DNA from: an uncultured virus (IMG/VR IMGVR_UViG_3300018494_000099)
Taxonomy: Duplodnaviria; Heunggongvirae; Uroviricota; Caudoviricetes
DNA: 62,129 nt
Reading direction: 5' to 3' (one strand)
Virus record (IMG/VR): IMGVR_UViG_3300018494_000099
Position numbers and translations under genes: made by a program. Under the pieces are notes generated by a model. The model worked only from the letters and a program-made list of their open reading frames with translations. It made no database searches and had not been told where the DNA came from. Below are positions 38,758 through 48,348 of this stretch, piece by piece. Positions within the stretch are counted from its first letter, which is position 1, and each line of letters begins with the position of its first letter.

Positions 38758-40605
38758 TCAATCAATACTAATAATTCCATTACATTTTGGATATTTGGAG
38801 CAGCCATAGAAAAGCTTACCAAAGCGACTACGACGTACAATCATCGGGCTCTCGCATTTTGGACAAAGTTTTTCTTCGACCTCATCTGCTAAGCCCGTTT
38901 CTTGATTAGCCTCAATAGTTTCAATTAAATCTTTATAAAAGCTATTCATGTACTCAAGCCAATTAAGCTCACCAGAAGCAATTTTATCTAACTGTTCTTC
39001 CATAGATCTAGTATAATTTAAGTTAATTAGTTTTGGAAAAGCTCGTTTACAATATGCAGCTAATTGAAGTCCTCTACTTGTTGGTACTATTTGTCTATCT
39101 TCTAAGTCTGCATAGCCTCTAGTTGGACTTAAGATAGTTTCTACTATTGTCGAAAATGTACTGGGGCGACCCACATTAAGGCGCTGAAGCTCTTTTACTA
39201 AAGAAGCTTCCGTAAAGCGTGCAGGAGGTGTGGTTTCTCGAGCAACTTCTTCGAGTTTAGTGTTTTCTAATACTTCACCGACTTTAAAAGTTTCTGTAAT
39301 AACTTCATCAGCATCGTCTCTGTAGGAATAAATCGTTCTAAAGCCAGGTTCTACTAATACTTTTTCAACCAGCACAAACTTATGGTCGTTATTGTTTATA
39401 GTATTAGTTGTTTCAGAATATATTGCATTTGGCATAACGGAAGCAATCGTTCTTTGCCATATTAGAGTATATACTTTTACGGCCAAGTTATTTGTTTCTT
39501 TTTGTGCGAAGATTTCCGGTGTCAAGGCAGGGTCGGTAATACGTAAGCACTCGTGACCATTTTGAGTAATAGCACCAATAGCCTTTTTCGCTCTTAAGCC
39601 TTTATATTTTGTTTTGCCGTAGGCAGACTCTACATAAGCTTTGAGATCTTCTAAAAACTCTGGTGACATATCAGTGTCGTCTGTGCGCATATACGAAATT
39701 TTTCCTGCCTCATAAAGTTTTTGCGCAATACTCATTGCATCTTTTACTTTTAGCCCAAGCCTTGATGAAGCTTCTTGCTGGAAAGTTGCTGTACAAAAAG
39801 GTGGCTTTGGACTTTCATTTCGTTTTGTTTGAGAAACGTCTTCTATTATATAATTATCATGTTGGCAATTATACTGTATTGTTTTTATTTCTAAGACATC
39901 TTTAATCTTATCATATTTTTCATTTTTATAACCAATGTACTTAGCTTTAAAATCTTTACTGTTTTTAGTAAAATTCAAATAAAGGTTAAAATATTTTTCA
40001 GGTATAAAATCTAGTATTTCATTCTCTCTGTCTGCCACTAGCATAAGTCCGACAGATTGACAACGCCCTACTGATTTTGCCCCGATATGCTTTTTAGCTT
40101 CAGGGCTCAGCGAGAAGCCAAGCAGCTTATCTGTACACTGCCTTGCTTTTTCTGCGTCTACCATTGCCATATCAAATTCAACTGGGTGTTCAAGCGCATA
40201 TAAAACAGCTTTCGGTGTAATTTCGTGCATTACCATTCTAGCTGCTTTATTTCGTGGTATTTTAGCGTATTCAAGTAAACTCCATGAAATAAAACTTCCC
40301 GCGCGATCATTGTCAGCAGCGACGTAAACTTTTTCTGCCCAATTTACTTGTGTTTTTATTTCATCAACAACTTTATGCTTATCTTCAGCGATTTTTAAAT
40401 TCATTCTAAAGTTGTCGTCTGGGTATATTCCTGAATTAAAGGCTTTTCTGTTGCCATCGGCTAAAGTTAGTATGTGGCCAATACTAGCTATTACCCTGGC
40501 ATTAGTATATCCTGCATCTTTAAGTATTTTAGTAATTACTTTTGCCTTATGCGGTGACTCTGTTATTACTAGTATTTTATTAGTTTTGTCCATCACTGCT
40601 TTCAT
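38758..40605 (-). CDS. topA: DNA topoisomerase I (type IA)
   Basis: TOPRIM ITESPHK, GH, DND; SVGRCQS; active-site ISYMRTD; GRPST; C-terminal Zn ribbon CPKC..CSKYPKC. Confidence 0.92.
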   Translation of the reverse strand: MKAVMDKTNKILVITESPHKAKVITKILKDAGYTNARVIASIGHILTLADGNRKAFNSGIYPDDNFRMNLKIAEDKHKVVDEIKTQVNWAEKVYVAADNDRAGSFISWSLLEYAKIPRNKAARMVMHEITPKAVLYALEHPVEFDMAMVDAEKARQCTDKLLGFSLSPEAKKHIGAKSVGRCQSVGLMLVADRENEILDFIPEKYFNLYLNFTKNSKDFKAKYIGYKNEKYDKIKDVLEIKTIQYNCQHDNYIIEDVSQTKRNESPKPPFCTATFQQEASSRLGLKVKDAMSIAQKLYEAGKISYMRTDDTDMSPEFLEDLKAYVESAYGKTKYKGLRAKKAIGAITQNGHECLRITDPALTPEIFAQKETNNLAVKVYTLIWQRTIASVMPNAIYSETTNTINNNDHKFVLVEKVLVEPGFRTIYSYRDDADEVITETFKVGEVLENTKLEEVARETTPPARFTEASLVKELQRLNVGRPSTFSTIVETILSPTRGYADLEDRQIVPTSRGLQLAAYCKRAFPKLINLNYTRSMEEQLDKIASGELNWLEYMNSFYKDLIETIEANQETGLADEVEEKLCPKCESPMIVRRSRFGKLFYGCSKYPKCNGIISID

Positions 40606-40738
40606 CCTTATTTAATACCTGAGCCTCGAGAAGCTGTCTAATTAGAGCTGAGATACTAAGTGAGCGCTTAAAAGCTTCCACTCTTAGAGCTTCTCTTAAT
40701 TCATCAGATATTTCAAGGCTTATCATCTTTTTAGCCAT
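40580..40738 (-). CDS. Small ribbon-helix-helix protein, 52 aa (not in ORF track)
   Basis: MAKKMISLEISDELREALRVEAFKRSLSISALIRQLLEAQVLNKDESSDGQN; GGAGG RBS; overlaps topA start. Confidence 0.7.
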   Translation of the reverse strand: MAKKMISLEISDELREALRVEAFKRSLSISALIRQLLEAQVLNKDESSDGQN

Positions 40739-40749
40739 AATAGCCTCCA

Positions 40750-41529
40750 TTATTTTTTACTAACTCTTTGTACAAAGTTTTTAAATTCTGCTTTTTGGTG
40801 TAGAGCTTCTGCCTTACCCGCATTAAGAACGGCTCTATTTGCAGACCTCTTAGCTTTAGCACGTTTAGCGGTTTCTTCCTCAGGCTCTATGATAGCATTA
40901 CGACCATTGATAACACCTTCAGTAAACTTTAGTTGCTTGAAGTATTTCTTAGCTTCTTCATCAGAAGAAATAGTTTCACTTAATGCCGCCATTCTTGTAG
41001 GTAAAAATGTATTCTTGTAAAAAGGAATAATGTCTACTAAATCATCTTCTTCGATCTTGCCGTCTTCTTCTACGTCAGAAACAAGACCAAGTTCACTAGG
41101 GAGCACTCCATCAAGAACTTGTGCTTGCTGATCAAACATACTTGCAGCAATACCAATAAGTTTATTATCTTCATACTCAAACTTGTCGTTGTAATAAACT
41201 ACTGTAATTTCTTCTGGTCTACCAATTACAATCTCTTTGCCCGGCATAGAAGCGCAGGTCTCTATAACAATATTAAGACCCTTTTTCTTCGTAATAATAG
41301 GATTAATAAACGTCTTAATCTGATCATTAAAACGTAGGCAGAAAATACGCTTACTAATACCAATTTGCGGGGCAGACAGTGCTAGAAGCTCTGGATTTGC
41401 CTCCATAACTTCCTTAATCTTTTTGATAATCTCTTCACCTTCCTCAGTCTTAGCGCCTTGCTCGGTTAGAAAAGTAAGAGGCTCAGAGGGAATAGATAGG
41501 GTATCAATATCATAAATAATCGATTCCAT
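40750..41529 (-). CDS. Peptide deformylase homolog, catalytically degenerate
   Basis: ALSAPQIG, FINP, ETCASMPG, RPEEITV; QQAQVLDG replaces QHEXDHLXG; likely start MESII at 41529. Confidence 0.8.
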   Translation of the reverse strand: MESIIYDIDTLSIPSEPLTFLTEQGAKTEEGEEIIKKIKEVMEANPELLALSAPQIGISKRIFCLRFNDQIKTFINPIITKKKGLNIVIETCASMPGKEIVIGRPEEITVVYYNDKFEYEDNKLIGIAASMFDQQAQVLDGVLPSELGLVSDVEEDGKIEEDDLVDIIPFYKNTFLPTRMAALSETISSDEEAKKYFKQLKFTEGVINGRNAIIEPEEETAKRAKAKRSANRAVLNAGKAEALHQKAEFKNFVQRVSKK

Positions 41530-41557
41530 TTTTAAATCTCGCTTTCTGTTATATATT

Positions 41558-41566
41558 AAATTTAGC
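41558..41566 (-). promoter_or_regulatory. Late-promoter-like motif GCTAAATTT
   Basis: One-base variant of the recurrent motif. Confidence 0.6.
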
Positions 41567-41629
41567 AAATAGTAAATTATTAATTTATTAAATTATTAAT
41601 TTAATGGTTTTTTGAAAGGCGAGCTTTTA

Positions 41630-41995
41630 TTACTCGCCTGCCTTTCTAAGTGCTTTTAGAGCAGTCTTAAAATGAATGAGCGCATCAGAATTTTCTTCTT
41701 TAATAGAGTCAATATCTGCTCCAAGCTTTTTAAGTTCTTCTAAGATTGCTTTATGTTGTTTTATATAGCATGTTTTCTTAGACTTGCGATTGGGCAGGTC
41801 TAAAAGATACATGATATAAGTTAGCCTATAATAATTAGTTTCAAGGTTAGCCACATTATCAAGAGCTTCTTGCATTTGTTCTTGTGTTATGTGACCGTCT
41901 TTAAGTGCTTCTTCAAAGTCGGCTAAATTTTGTTTTTCTTCAAGATACTGCGCGAGCATATTAAAGAAATACTGCTGTACGTCTTTCTTTGCCAT
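41630..41995 (-). CDS. Hypothetical helical protein
   Basis: 121 aa with AGGAG RBS. Confidence 0.6.
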   Translation of the reverse strand: MAKKDVQQYFFNMLAQYLEEKQNLADFEEALKDGHITQEQMQEALDNVANLETNYYRLTYIMYLLDLPNRKSKKTCYIKQHKAILEELKKLGADIDSIKEENSDALIHFKTALKALRKAGE

Positions 41996-42004
41996 AATAT
42001 CTCC

Positions 42005-42364
42005 TTAAGCATTTTCAAAGTATTGCTGCACAGCAGGAAAAGCTTGCCACGCTTCATACTCTGTTATTTCTTCTATTGAGTTAATTTCTTTTCTAAAATC
42101 ATTTATAAACTTATCAATTTCTTTGCAGATACCTGCTTCTTTGTAATCCATCTTTTTATAGGTAACTGCAAAGTCATTTATTAAAACTTCAATATCCGGG
42201 CAAACGGGGCCGAACTTAATAATAGAAGTTTTACCCATAATTGTTTTTAAGATAATGTAATAATCATCTAATTTTACATTAGTGCATCTCAAAGCAGTAT
42301 TGCCGATATCTACCACATCAATTGAGTCATTAAAAGTTCGTTGAGCTGAGTACTCAAAAATCAT
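42005..42364 (-). CDS. Hypothetical protein
   Basis: 119 aa, translationally coupled. Confidence 0.6.
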   Translation of the reverse strand: MIFEYSAQRTFNDSIDVVDIGNTALRCTNVKLDDYYIILKTIMGKTSIIKFGPVCPDIEVLINDFAVTYKKMDYKEAGICKEIDKFINDFRKEINSIEEITEYEAWQAFPAVQQYFENA

Positions 42365-42663
42365 TATACGTCTCCAATCTTAAGGTAGTATTCATCCTTT
42401 TGAAAATCCGCAATCAAAAATAGTAAGTACTTATTATTCTCCTCTTCAAGCTCAAAGTAGTTTGCAATTTTAACAGTTGCATCATTAGTATTTGTACCAA
42501 AAGTAGGATACTCAGTATCAATCGCATTTTTGCTAAGTTTAGTGTACATCTTGGCATACTCATCACTATTTTCTATTGGAATAATATAAAACTTATTTTC
42601 ATATCTACCAGTACTCTCAATCTCAAGTCGCGCTAAAATATTTTTTATGTCGTTTTTAACCAT
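42364..42663 (-). CDS. Hypothetical protein
   Basis: 99 aa, overlapping neighbours. Confidence 0.6.
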   Translation of the reverse strand: MVKNDIKNILARLEIESTGRYENKFYIIPIENSDEYAKMYTKLSKNAIDTEYPTFGTNTNDATVKIANYFELEEENNKYLLFLIADFQKDEYYLKIGDV

Positions 42664-43234
42664 TATCTTCCTCTTCTTCTACAATAAAATCAGTCGTATC
42701 TATATCGGACTCGATTGGTGCTACCTGAACTTTGTTGATACTATCAAGTATACCGAGCACCGCATTTTTAACTCTTTCTCGCGAATCTCTGTTAAGATTA
42801 TTTCCAACGTTGACCTCTGTCTGGTTAATTTGAATAAGCTGTGGAATTTCCTCAATTGTTTCTGCTTGCTTCAAATTCTTTTCCATTAAATCCTGGACAA
42901 CCTTCATACCATCAAGCATTTCTTTATTTGAAATCTCGTCAGGTCTCTGAGATATGCGCTGATAGAATTGATCTGTAAGCATATCCTGCACATCACTTAG
43001 CTTACTCACACGAGCCAACTGCTTCTTCCGCTGAATGTCATTAAACTGCTGCTCTATAGCTTGCATCTTTTGTCGGTCTCGCTCAAAAGTAAGCTCCCCA
43101 ACTAATCTTTGGGACTCTGCGGTCAAGTTAGCCCGTATTTCAGCTAGGTTTGTTTCAGGGATTGGCGCCAAAGAAGTCTCTTCAGAAATGGTTTCATTTT
43201 CCTGGTTTTGATTATCTTTGGTTTTTTCTAACAT
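42656..43234 (-). CDS. Hypothetical coiled-coil protein, possible terminase small subunit
   Basis: Two long helices followed by an INQTEVNVG strand and short helix, an arrangement seen in T4 gp16-like proteins; weak. Confidence 0.3.
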   Translation of the reverse strand: MLEKTKDNQNQENETISEETSLAPIPETNLAEIRANLTAESQRLVGELTFERDRQKMQAIEQQFNDIQRKKQLARVSKLSDVQDMLTDQFYQRISQRPDEISNKEMLDGMKVVQDLMEKNLKQAETIEEIPQLIQINQTEVNVGNNLNRDSRERVKNAVLGILDSINKVQVAPIESDIDTTDFIVEEEEDNG

Positions 43235-43563
43235 TAAAGCACCTCTTCACACATTGCTAATAACTTATCCGAAAAAGTTTGTTCCAATAGAAGTTCGAGT
43301 GGGTCGATCTGAGAATCAAGGGCTCTTTTAATTGCTGTTTTTAGTTCTTTCCCCGGAACAAATTTACATTGCATGTCTACTAGATTTACGCTCAGACTAC
43401 CGATACCTATACTAACAGTAGTCTGAGTTTCGCCTTTTACCTTAGCTTCACTAATAGCACTTCCGATACATAGACAGGCTTTAGATACTAGCTCGTTCGA
43501 TACTTTAGTAGGTAACCTTAGTAGATTATTTACGTCTGTTACAATATTTGTTTGTGCTGCCAT
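43234..43563 (-). CDS. HU/IHF-like protein with shortened arms
   Basis: Two helices, then GIGSLSV and KFVPGKELKTAI, resembling HU GFGTF / FKPGKxLK. Confidence 0.45.
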   Translation of the reverse strand: MAAQTNIVTDVNNLLRLPTKVSNELVSKACLCIGSAISEAKVKGETQTTVSIGIGSLSVNLVDMQCKFVPGKELKTAIKRALDSQIDPLELLLEQTFSDKLLAMCEEVL

Positions 43564-43579
43564 ATTTACTGTCCTTTCA

Positions 43580-43798
43580 TTACTTATCTATTTGTTTTAA
43601 AATTTTTATTGGGTCTTTGCCGTTTAAGCTCCACACACTCTTTAAAATATCATTAAAATAAGCTTCATACGATTTATCCAATTTATATTGAATACAATGT
43701 GCCATAATTTCTATTGGTTCATATTTATTGGTGAAAATATCTCTAATAAAGGAAACACGTGTTTCAAATGTACGTTGACTTCTATCAAATTTTGCCAT
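43580..43798 (-). CDS. Hypothetical protein
   Basis: 72 aa ORF in operon. Confidence 0.5.
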   Translation of the reverse strand: MAKFDRSQRTFETRVSFIRDIFTNKYEPIEIMAHCIQYKLDKSYEAYFNDILKSVWSLNGKDPIKILKQIDK

Positions 43799-43800
43799 AA

Positions 43801-44193
43801 TTAACCTTGCAGCTGACTCCTATCGATATTATATTGCTTCATAATGGGTAATAGCTGTATATAGAGTTCAGTCACTTTATCCAGTTCCTTTTTTGAAAGC
43901 TTTCCTAACTTGTTCTGTGCCGCGACAAAAGTATCTCCGTCCAGATTGATGTACTGATACATTAGCAAAGCGTTGGTTACAACCGCTAACTCTGCCTCAG
44001 TAGGAAACTTAACTGTACGTCCAGCAAAGTAAGTAAGTAGACGAGTCATGTTTGCCCCGTCTAATAGATAGCATAGCTCACTAGTTACAGCGTATTCTGG
44101 GATCTCTTGTATCTTAAAAAGTACAAAAAGCATAAGAGAGTAAATGTCTGATAAGTGTAAATTATTTAAAGCCTTTTTAGTGTTGTTCTTCAC
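43801..44193 (-). CDS. Hypothetical, possibly Mor/C-like transcription activator
   Basis: LLTYFAGRTVKFP resembles the Mor-family FGGxxxYIP turn; weak. Confidence 0.35.
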   Translation of the reverse strand: MKNNTKKALNNLHLSDIYSLMLFVLFKIQEIPEYAVTSELCYLLDGANMTRLLTYFAGRTVKFPTEAELAVVTNALLMYQYINLDGDTFVAAQNKLGKLSKKELDKVTELYIQLLPIMKQYNIDRSQLQG

Positions 44194-45001
44194 AGTAGTT
44201 CTCCTCCCAGTTTGCTTGCAAAATAGCCTCTAGCGTGTCATCGGTCGGGCAGGCTTCTTTAAAGCAACTCATAATTTCAAGTTTTATCATTGTAAAAAAT
44301 TCTTTGACTAAAATTTTTACGTAATTTGTCATGTTTTTGGGTAAGTGCCATAGAATAATACTCTGTTGGCTGGTTATGACTAATTTCTTTTTCGTTTGTA
44401 AAATATTAATACTGTTTAGTAAGACAGATATTTTTAGACTTTTATACTCAGAAGTTGACGGTCCAAAAGGCGATTTTTTAAGAAGCTCATTTAGTAATCT
44501 ACCTTGCTGACTAATAGCTTCTTGTAAATATAATCTAAGTTGAGAAGCCATTTCAGAAGAATCTATCGCATCATTTTTTAATTGTTCTTTAAAAGCAAAA
44601 GCATCAAACTTTTTAGATACAAATTCTTCCTCAATAATTTCTTTAAAAGTTTCTCGCTGATACTCAATTTTCATTGGGTACAGTAAAGCTTTAGTATAGT
44701 TTAAACATGATTTTATCGGCCTAATTTGTTTACCTTTAATAATCTTACCTTGATTTAAATAATTCTTACGTAAGGCTAAGAATAGTCGAGTCGCAGCATA
44801 AAATGAATAGCCGTCATAATCTTCAAATTTTTTAAACATGCATTTTTTTATTGCCAGTGCTTTTACAAGCAGCCACAAGTAATTATATACTGTAGCTTCA
44901 ATTTCTGGGTATTCTTCAGGAGTGGCTATCTTTGGCACGTTCTGATCAATATAGACACACATCTCAGTATACTTCATCCCTGCAGGTTTTTTATATAACA
45001 T
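44177..45001 (-). CDS. Hypothetical, candidate phage sigma factor
   Basis: Basic helical protein next to gp46/47-like genes; YNYLWLLVKALA..DYDGYSFYAATRL..CLNY loosely resembles sigma region 2. Confidence 0.35.
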   Translation of the reverse strand: MLYKKPAGMKYTEMCVYIDQNVPKIATPEEYPEIEATVYNYLWLLVKALAIKKCMFKKFEDYDGYSFYAATRLFLALRKNYLNQGKIIKGKQIRPIKSCLNYTKALLYPMKIEYQRETFKEIIEEEFVSKKFDAFAFKEQLKNDAIDSSEMASQLRLYLQEAISQQGRLLNELLKKSPFGPSTSEYKSLKISVLLNSINILQTKKKLVITSQQSIILWHLPKNMTNYVKILVKEFFTMIKLEIMSCFKEACPTDDTLEAILQANWEENYCEEQH

Positions 45002-45022
45002 ATGATATTAAATTCTCCTTTA

Positions 45023-46885
45023 TCAATTTAGTTCACTGATACCATTTTCATTTTTTACCACTGTGATAGTTGAGTCTATTGGTATTTCTAGAGTCTCAGA
45101 GTGGTGTGAAATTATAAAAACAGATTCAACCGTCTGAAGTTCTTTTTCAAGAAGTCGCATAACAGCATCACAGCTTTTTTTATCAAGGAAGTCGGTAATT
45201 TCGTCCAACACCAAAATATTTGCGCTAAGTCCGAGATAAGTGATTAAGAGTTCTCGAATAGCAAGTTGTAAAATCAAATCTACTCTCTGCTTTTCTCCAC
45301 CCGATAAACCATCAAATGCCTTACCACAATATGTAATGTCAAGAGCATTTCCATTAATTTCCAAAGTAAGCTCTCGAGTACCAAAGACAGTTTGACAATA
45401 GTCTTTTGCTTTACTGTCAATATATGTAATAATATTAGTAAGTAGGTAACCACGGAAATCACGCTTTGTAAGTTGGTCCATTTTCTTTACGACAGCAATA
45501 CGTTGGTCTAAATCTTCTTTAGCCAGGCTTGTAATAGAAATTAAGTTAGTAAGCCTCGCAACTTCTGTTTCGATAGTACTAATTTCTTGCTGTTGTCTTA
45601 GCACAAAGCTATCCCAATTTTGTTTATCATAAAGAAGTTTATTATAAGAATTTCTTTCAAACTCTAAATTAGCATTAATTTTTGTATGTTCGGTTTTGGC
45701 TACATATAAAGTCTTTTTTGTTTCCGTAGTCGTACTAGTTAGCCGGTCAAGGTCAGCTTTAAATGCTTCATCTATCTGAGCTACGTAATTTTTATGTTTG
45801 TTCTCACACTTCTGGATATCATCCAGTGTTTCTTTAAGCGCTTCCCAAAGGTCTCGTAAAGTAGCTTCCTGTTCACTTGTATCAGGTTTGTGTACGTCAG
45901 GGAGATGCTGTCCACAAGTCGGACAAATATCGGTGATAGCCTGTAATTTTGCTATCTCTTTTTCGAGACTGTTTATCTTGGCTTCAAGATTAGCTTTTAT
46001 ATTAAAGAATTCTACACGTGCCGCATTATAGGCAGTCAGCTCTTCACTACATACTTTTGATTTTTCACTAGTTATAGTGAGTAGTTGAGTATTTAAGGAC
46101 TCGAGCTGCTTTTCTACTTCTGCTATTTGGTTTATGTAATTCGTATTCTGTTGCTCAAGCTGAGAAACTTTGGAAGACTGTCGAGCTATTAAATTATCAA
46201 AGTCAGGACGTTGCTGATTACTTATGGTATTCTTAAGTCTTTCAAGCGTTACTGTGTGCCCGTTAAGTTGTGTACGATTAGCAAGTAAACTGTCTTCATA
46301 CTCCCTGATTTTTAGAGTGAGTTCAGATAAACGACCTGTAATACGGTTTTTTAAATCCTCAATCATGAAGTCAGACTTAGTAAGTCTTTCAAGAAGATCC
46401 TTACGTCCACTCGGGCTAAAGGAAGAAAACTTATTGGGCATCCCCTGTCCCAAAATTATGCAGGAAGCAATAAAATCTTTATTAAGTTCAGGCAAAATTT
46501 CTGATAGCTTTTTTTCAGATTCTCTGATGCCTTTACCGCTTAAGTCAATATCATTTTTAAATATTTTAAGGTCGGTCTTTGGGGTCACTGTACGACAAAT
46601 ACTGTATATATCTCTACCATATAGAAAGTCGAGTTGTACCCAACAGTCAGGTTCTTCGATATTAACATTCTTTAAATTTGTTCGTACGCCGCTGATAGTC
46701 TCGCCAGTCAGGGCATAACAGATTGCATTAAAGCATCCGGATTTTCCAGCACCATTAGATAAAGCATTATCTTTTGTATAATTATTTTGTCCGGATACCA
46801 AGCAGAAGCCGCGATTTTGTAGGTCAAGTTCTACGTGACTGTAACTTCCAAAATTGTGTATAATAATCTTTTTAAACTGAATCAT
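45023..46885 (-). CDS. SbcC/Rad50/gp46-like SMC ATPase
   Basis: NGAGKS, Zn-hook CPTC in coiled coil, LSGGE, LVLDE, IISH. Confidence 0.92.
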   Translation of the reverse strand: MIQFKKIIIHNFGSYSHVELDLQNRGFCLVSGQNNYTKDNALSNGAGKSGCFNAICYALTGETISGVRTNLKNVNIEEPDCWVQLDFLYGRDIYSICRTVTPKTDLKIFKNDIDLSGKGIRESEKKLSEILPELNKDFIASCIILGQGMPNKFSSFSPSGRKDLLERLTKSDFMIEDLKNRITGRLSELTLKIREYEDSLLANRTQLNGHTVTLERLKNTISNQQRPDFDNLIARQSSKVSQLEQQNTNYINQIAEVEKQLESLNTQLLTITSEKSKVCSEELTAYNAARVEFFNIKANLEAKINSLEKEIAKLQAITDICPTCGQHLPDVHKPDTSEQEATLRDLWEALKETLDDIQKCENKHKNYVAQIDEAFKADLDRLTSTTTETKKTLYVAKTEHTKINANLEFERNSYNKLLYDKQNWDSFVLRQQQEISTIETEVARLTNLISITSLAKEDLDQRIAVVKKMDQLTKRDFRGYLLTNIITYIDSKAKDYCQTVFGTRELTLEINGNALDITYCGKAFDGLSGGEKQRVDLILQLAIRELLITYLGLSANILVLDEITDFLDKKSCDAVMRLLEKELQTVESVFIISHHSETLEIPIDSTITVVKNENGISELN

Positions 46886-47177
46886 CTAGTGTTTGCCAAT
46901 CCTCCAAGTTTAATCTAACAAAGGTACAAAAATTATTCCAATGGAAACTTTTCTGTTCAGTGTCTTCGGTTGTTTGATAAGCCTCAAATTCAGCAATCGC
47001 TGTCGCCAAAGTTGTAAGAGTATTTTTATTAGTCTTATCAAGTGCTAAAATATCTCGCTTAAATTTAAGATGTTCAACAAAAATCTTTAAACCTAAGTCC
47101 GAGTCTTTGAAAAAGTTTTTATTTAATGAGTTAAGCCTTTTCTTATAAGCTTTTCTCAACTGGGTTTTTGTAGTCAT
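46872..47177 (-). CDS. Hypothetical protein
   Basis: 101 aa with AGGAG RBS and class-2 promoter motif at 47199. Confidence 0.6.
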   Translation of the reverse strand: MTTKTQLRKAYKKRLNSLNKNFFKDSDLGLKIFVEHLKFKRDILALDKTNKNTLTTLATAIAEFEAYQTTEDTEQKSFHWNNFCTFVRLNLEDWQTLDDSV

Positions 47178-47235
47178 TATGAAATCTCCTGTTAATATAT
47201 TATACGATATTTTATATAGAAGTCGACTTCAATAA

Positions 47236-48255
47236 TTACTTACAAATTTCACTAAGTTCTTCATCCAGTAGCGTTGAATACTCAATGTTTGTTTTACAAC
47301 ATTCAATAAAACGAGCGAGATGGTCCACAGATAAATCAATCTCGGTAGTGCTCTCAGAAGCTTCTTCGAACTTTTTAACTAATATAATTCTCGACTCGAT
47401 AACATTATTAAGTGTACTTAGCTTTTGCTTAACTGCTTCAACCAAAGATTGCTCGCACTTAATAGAAAGTACTGCGTTATTCTTAAGCATATTGAGACAA
47501 AGCATATCACTCTCACAGTCAATCTGAATCTTATAAAAATTATAAGCATGCGGATTTTCTATGTAAGTCAGCGATAAATCCTTAGTATCAAGTATTGCTA
47601 TATTATGGCTATGCTGTAGAGCATTTTCTCCAAAATCTTTTCCAGAGAGATTACCTAGATTTACAACTTTTGTAGTAATTGCTTGACCATTGTGCAAGTG
47701 ACCATTGATGAACAGGCTACAGTTTGTTTCAATTTCTTCGATCGAAAATCCTGTTTTAGACATTACCGGGCCAAGTTGAATTCCGCTAATATCATTGTGT
47801 GAAAGAATAATCCGTGGTTGATTGGGTATTTCTGGGAAGTACTCTTTTAGTGGTTTTCTATCACATTCGGTTATATAAGGTAAAAAACAGATATTGCTGT
47901 AAGGCAGCATCATCGGCTCGGAAATAATAACGTGATTTGAAGCACTTAAACAGTTTACAGAATTAAAAGTAAGTGAGCTATTTGATGCATCATGGTTTCC
48001 GACAAGGTGGTAGTGCATTATATCAGACCACTTAATTTCATTGCACGCAGTAATAGTCTCGCTAGTAAGATCAGGCTTATCAAAGAAGTCACCGAGATTG
48101 ATGATATACTCACAACCAAGCTCTTCAGCTTTCCTCTCTAGCCAGTTTACTGATTCAATACAGTTTTCGAGTCTACTTGGATATTTTGTGCCCCATTTAT
48201 TTATAATACTTGCTCGTGGGCACATATGCAAGTCAGTAAAAAGTAAAATTTTCAT
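47236..48255 (-). CDS. SbcD/Mre11/gp47-like metallophosphoesterase nuclease
   Basis: TDLH, LGDFFD, GNHD, SH, GHLH. Confidence 0.92.
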   Translation of the reverse strand: MKILLFTDLHMCPRASIINKWGTKYPSRLENCIESVNWLERKAEELGCEYIINLGDFFDKPDLTSETITACNEIKWSDIMHYHLVGNHDASNSSLTFNSVNCLSASNHVIISEPMMLPYSNICFLPYITECDRKPLKEYFPEIPNQPRIILSHNDISGIQLGPVMSKTGFSIEEIETNCSLFINGHLHNGQAITTKVVNLGNLSGKDFGENALQHSHNIAILDTKDLSLTYIENPHAYNFYKIQIDCESDMLCLNMLKNNAVLSIKCEQSLVEAVKQKLSTLNNVIESRIILVKKFEEASESTTEIDLSVDHLARFIECCKTNIEYSTLLDEELSEICK

Positions 48256-48313
48256 GAGTTGTTTCCTTTACAAACTTTTTTACTATACCTTATATTATAC
48301 AATAAAATATAAT

Positions 48314-48341
48314 AAAAAACGGTCTCGTAGAAGACCGTTTT
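48314..48341 (-). terminator. Terminator next to class-2 promoter (48294-48304)
   Basis: aaaacggtct / agaccgtttt inverted repeat. Confidence 0.7.
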
Positions 48342-48348
48342 CATAGTA

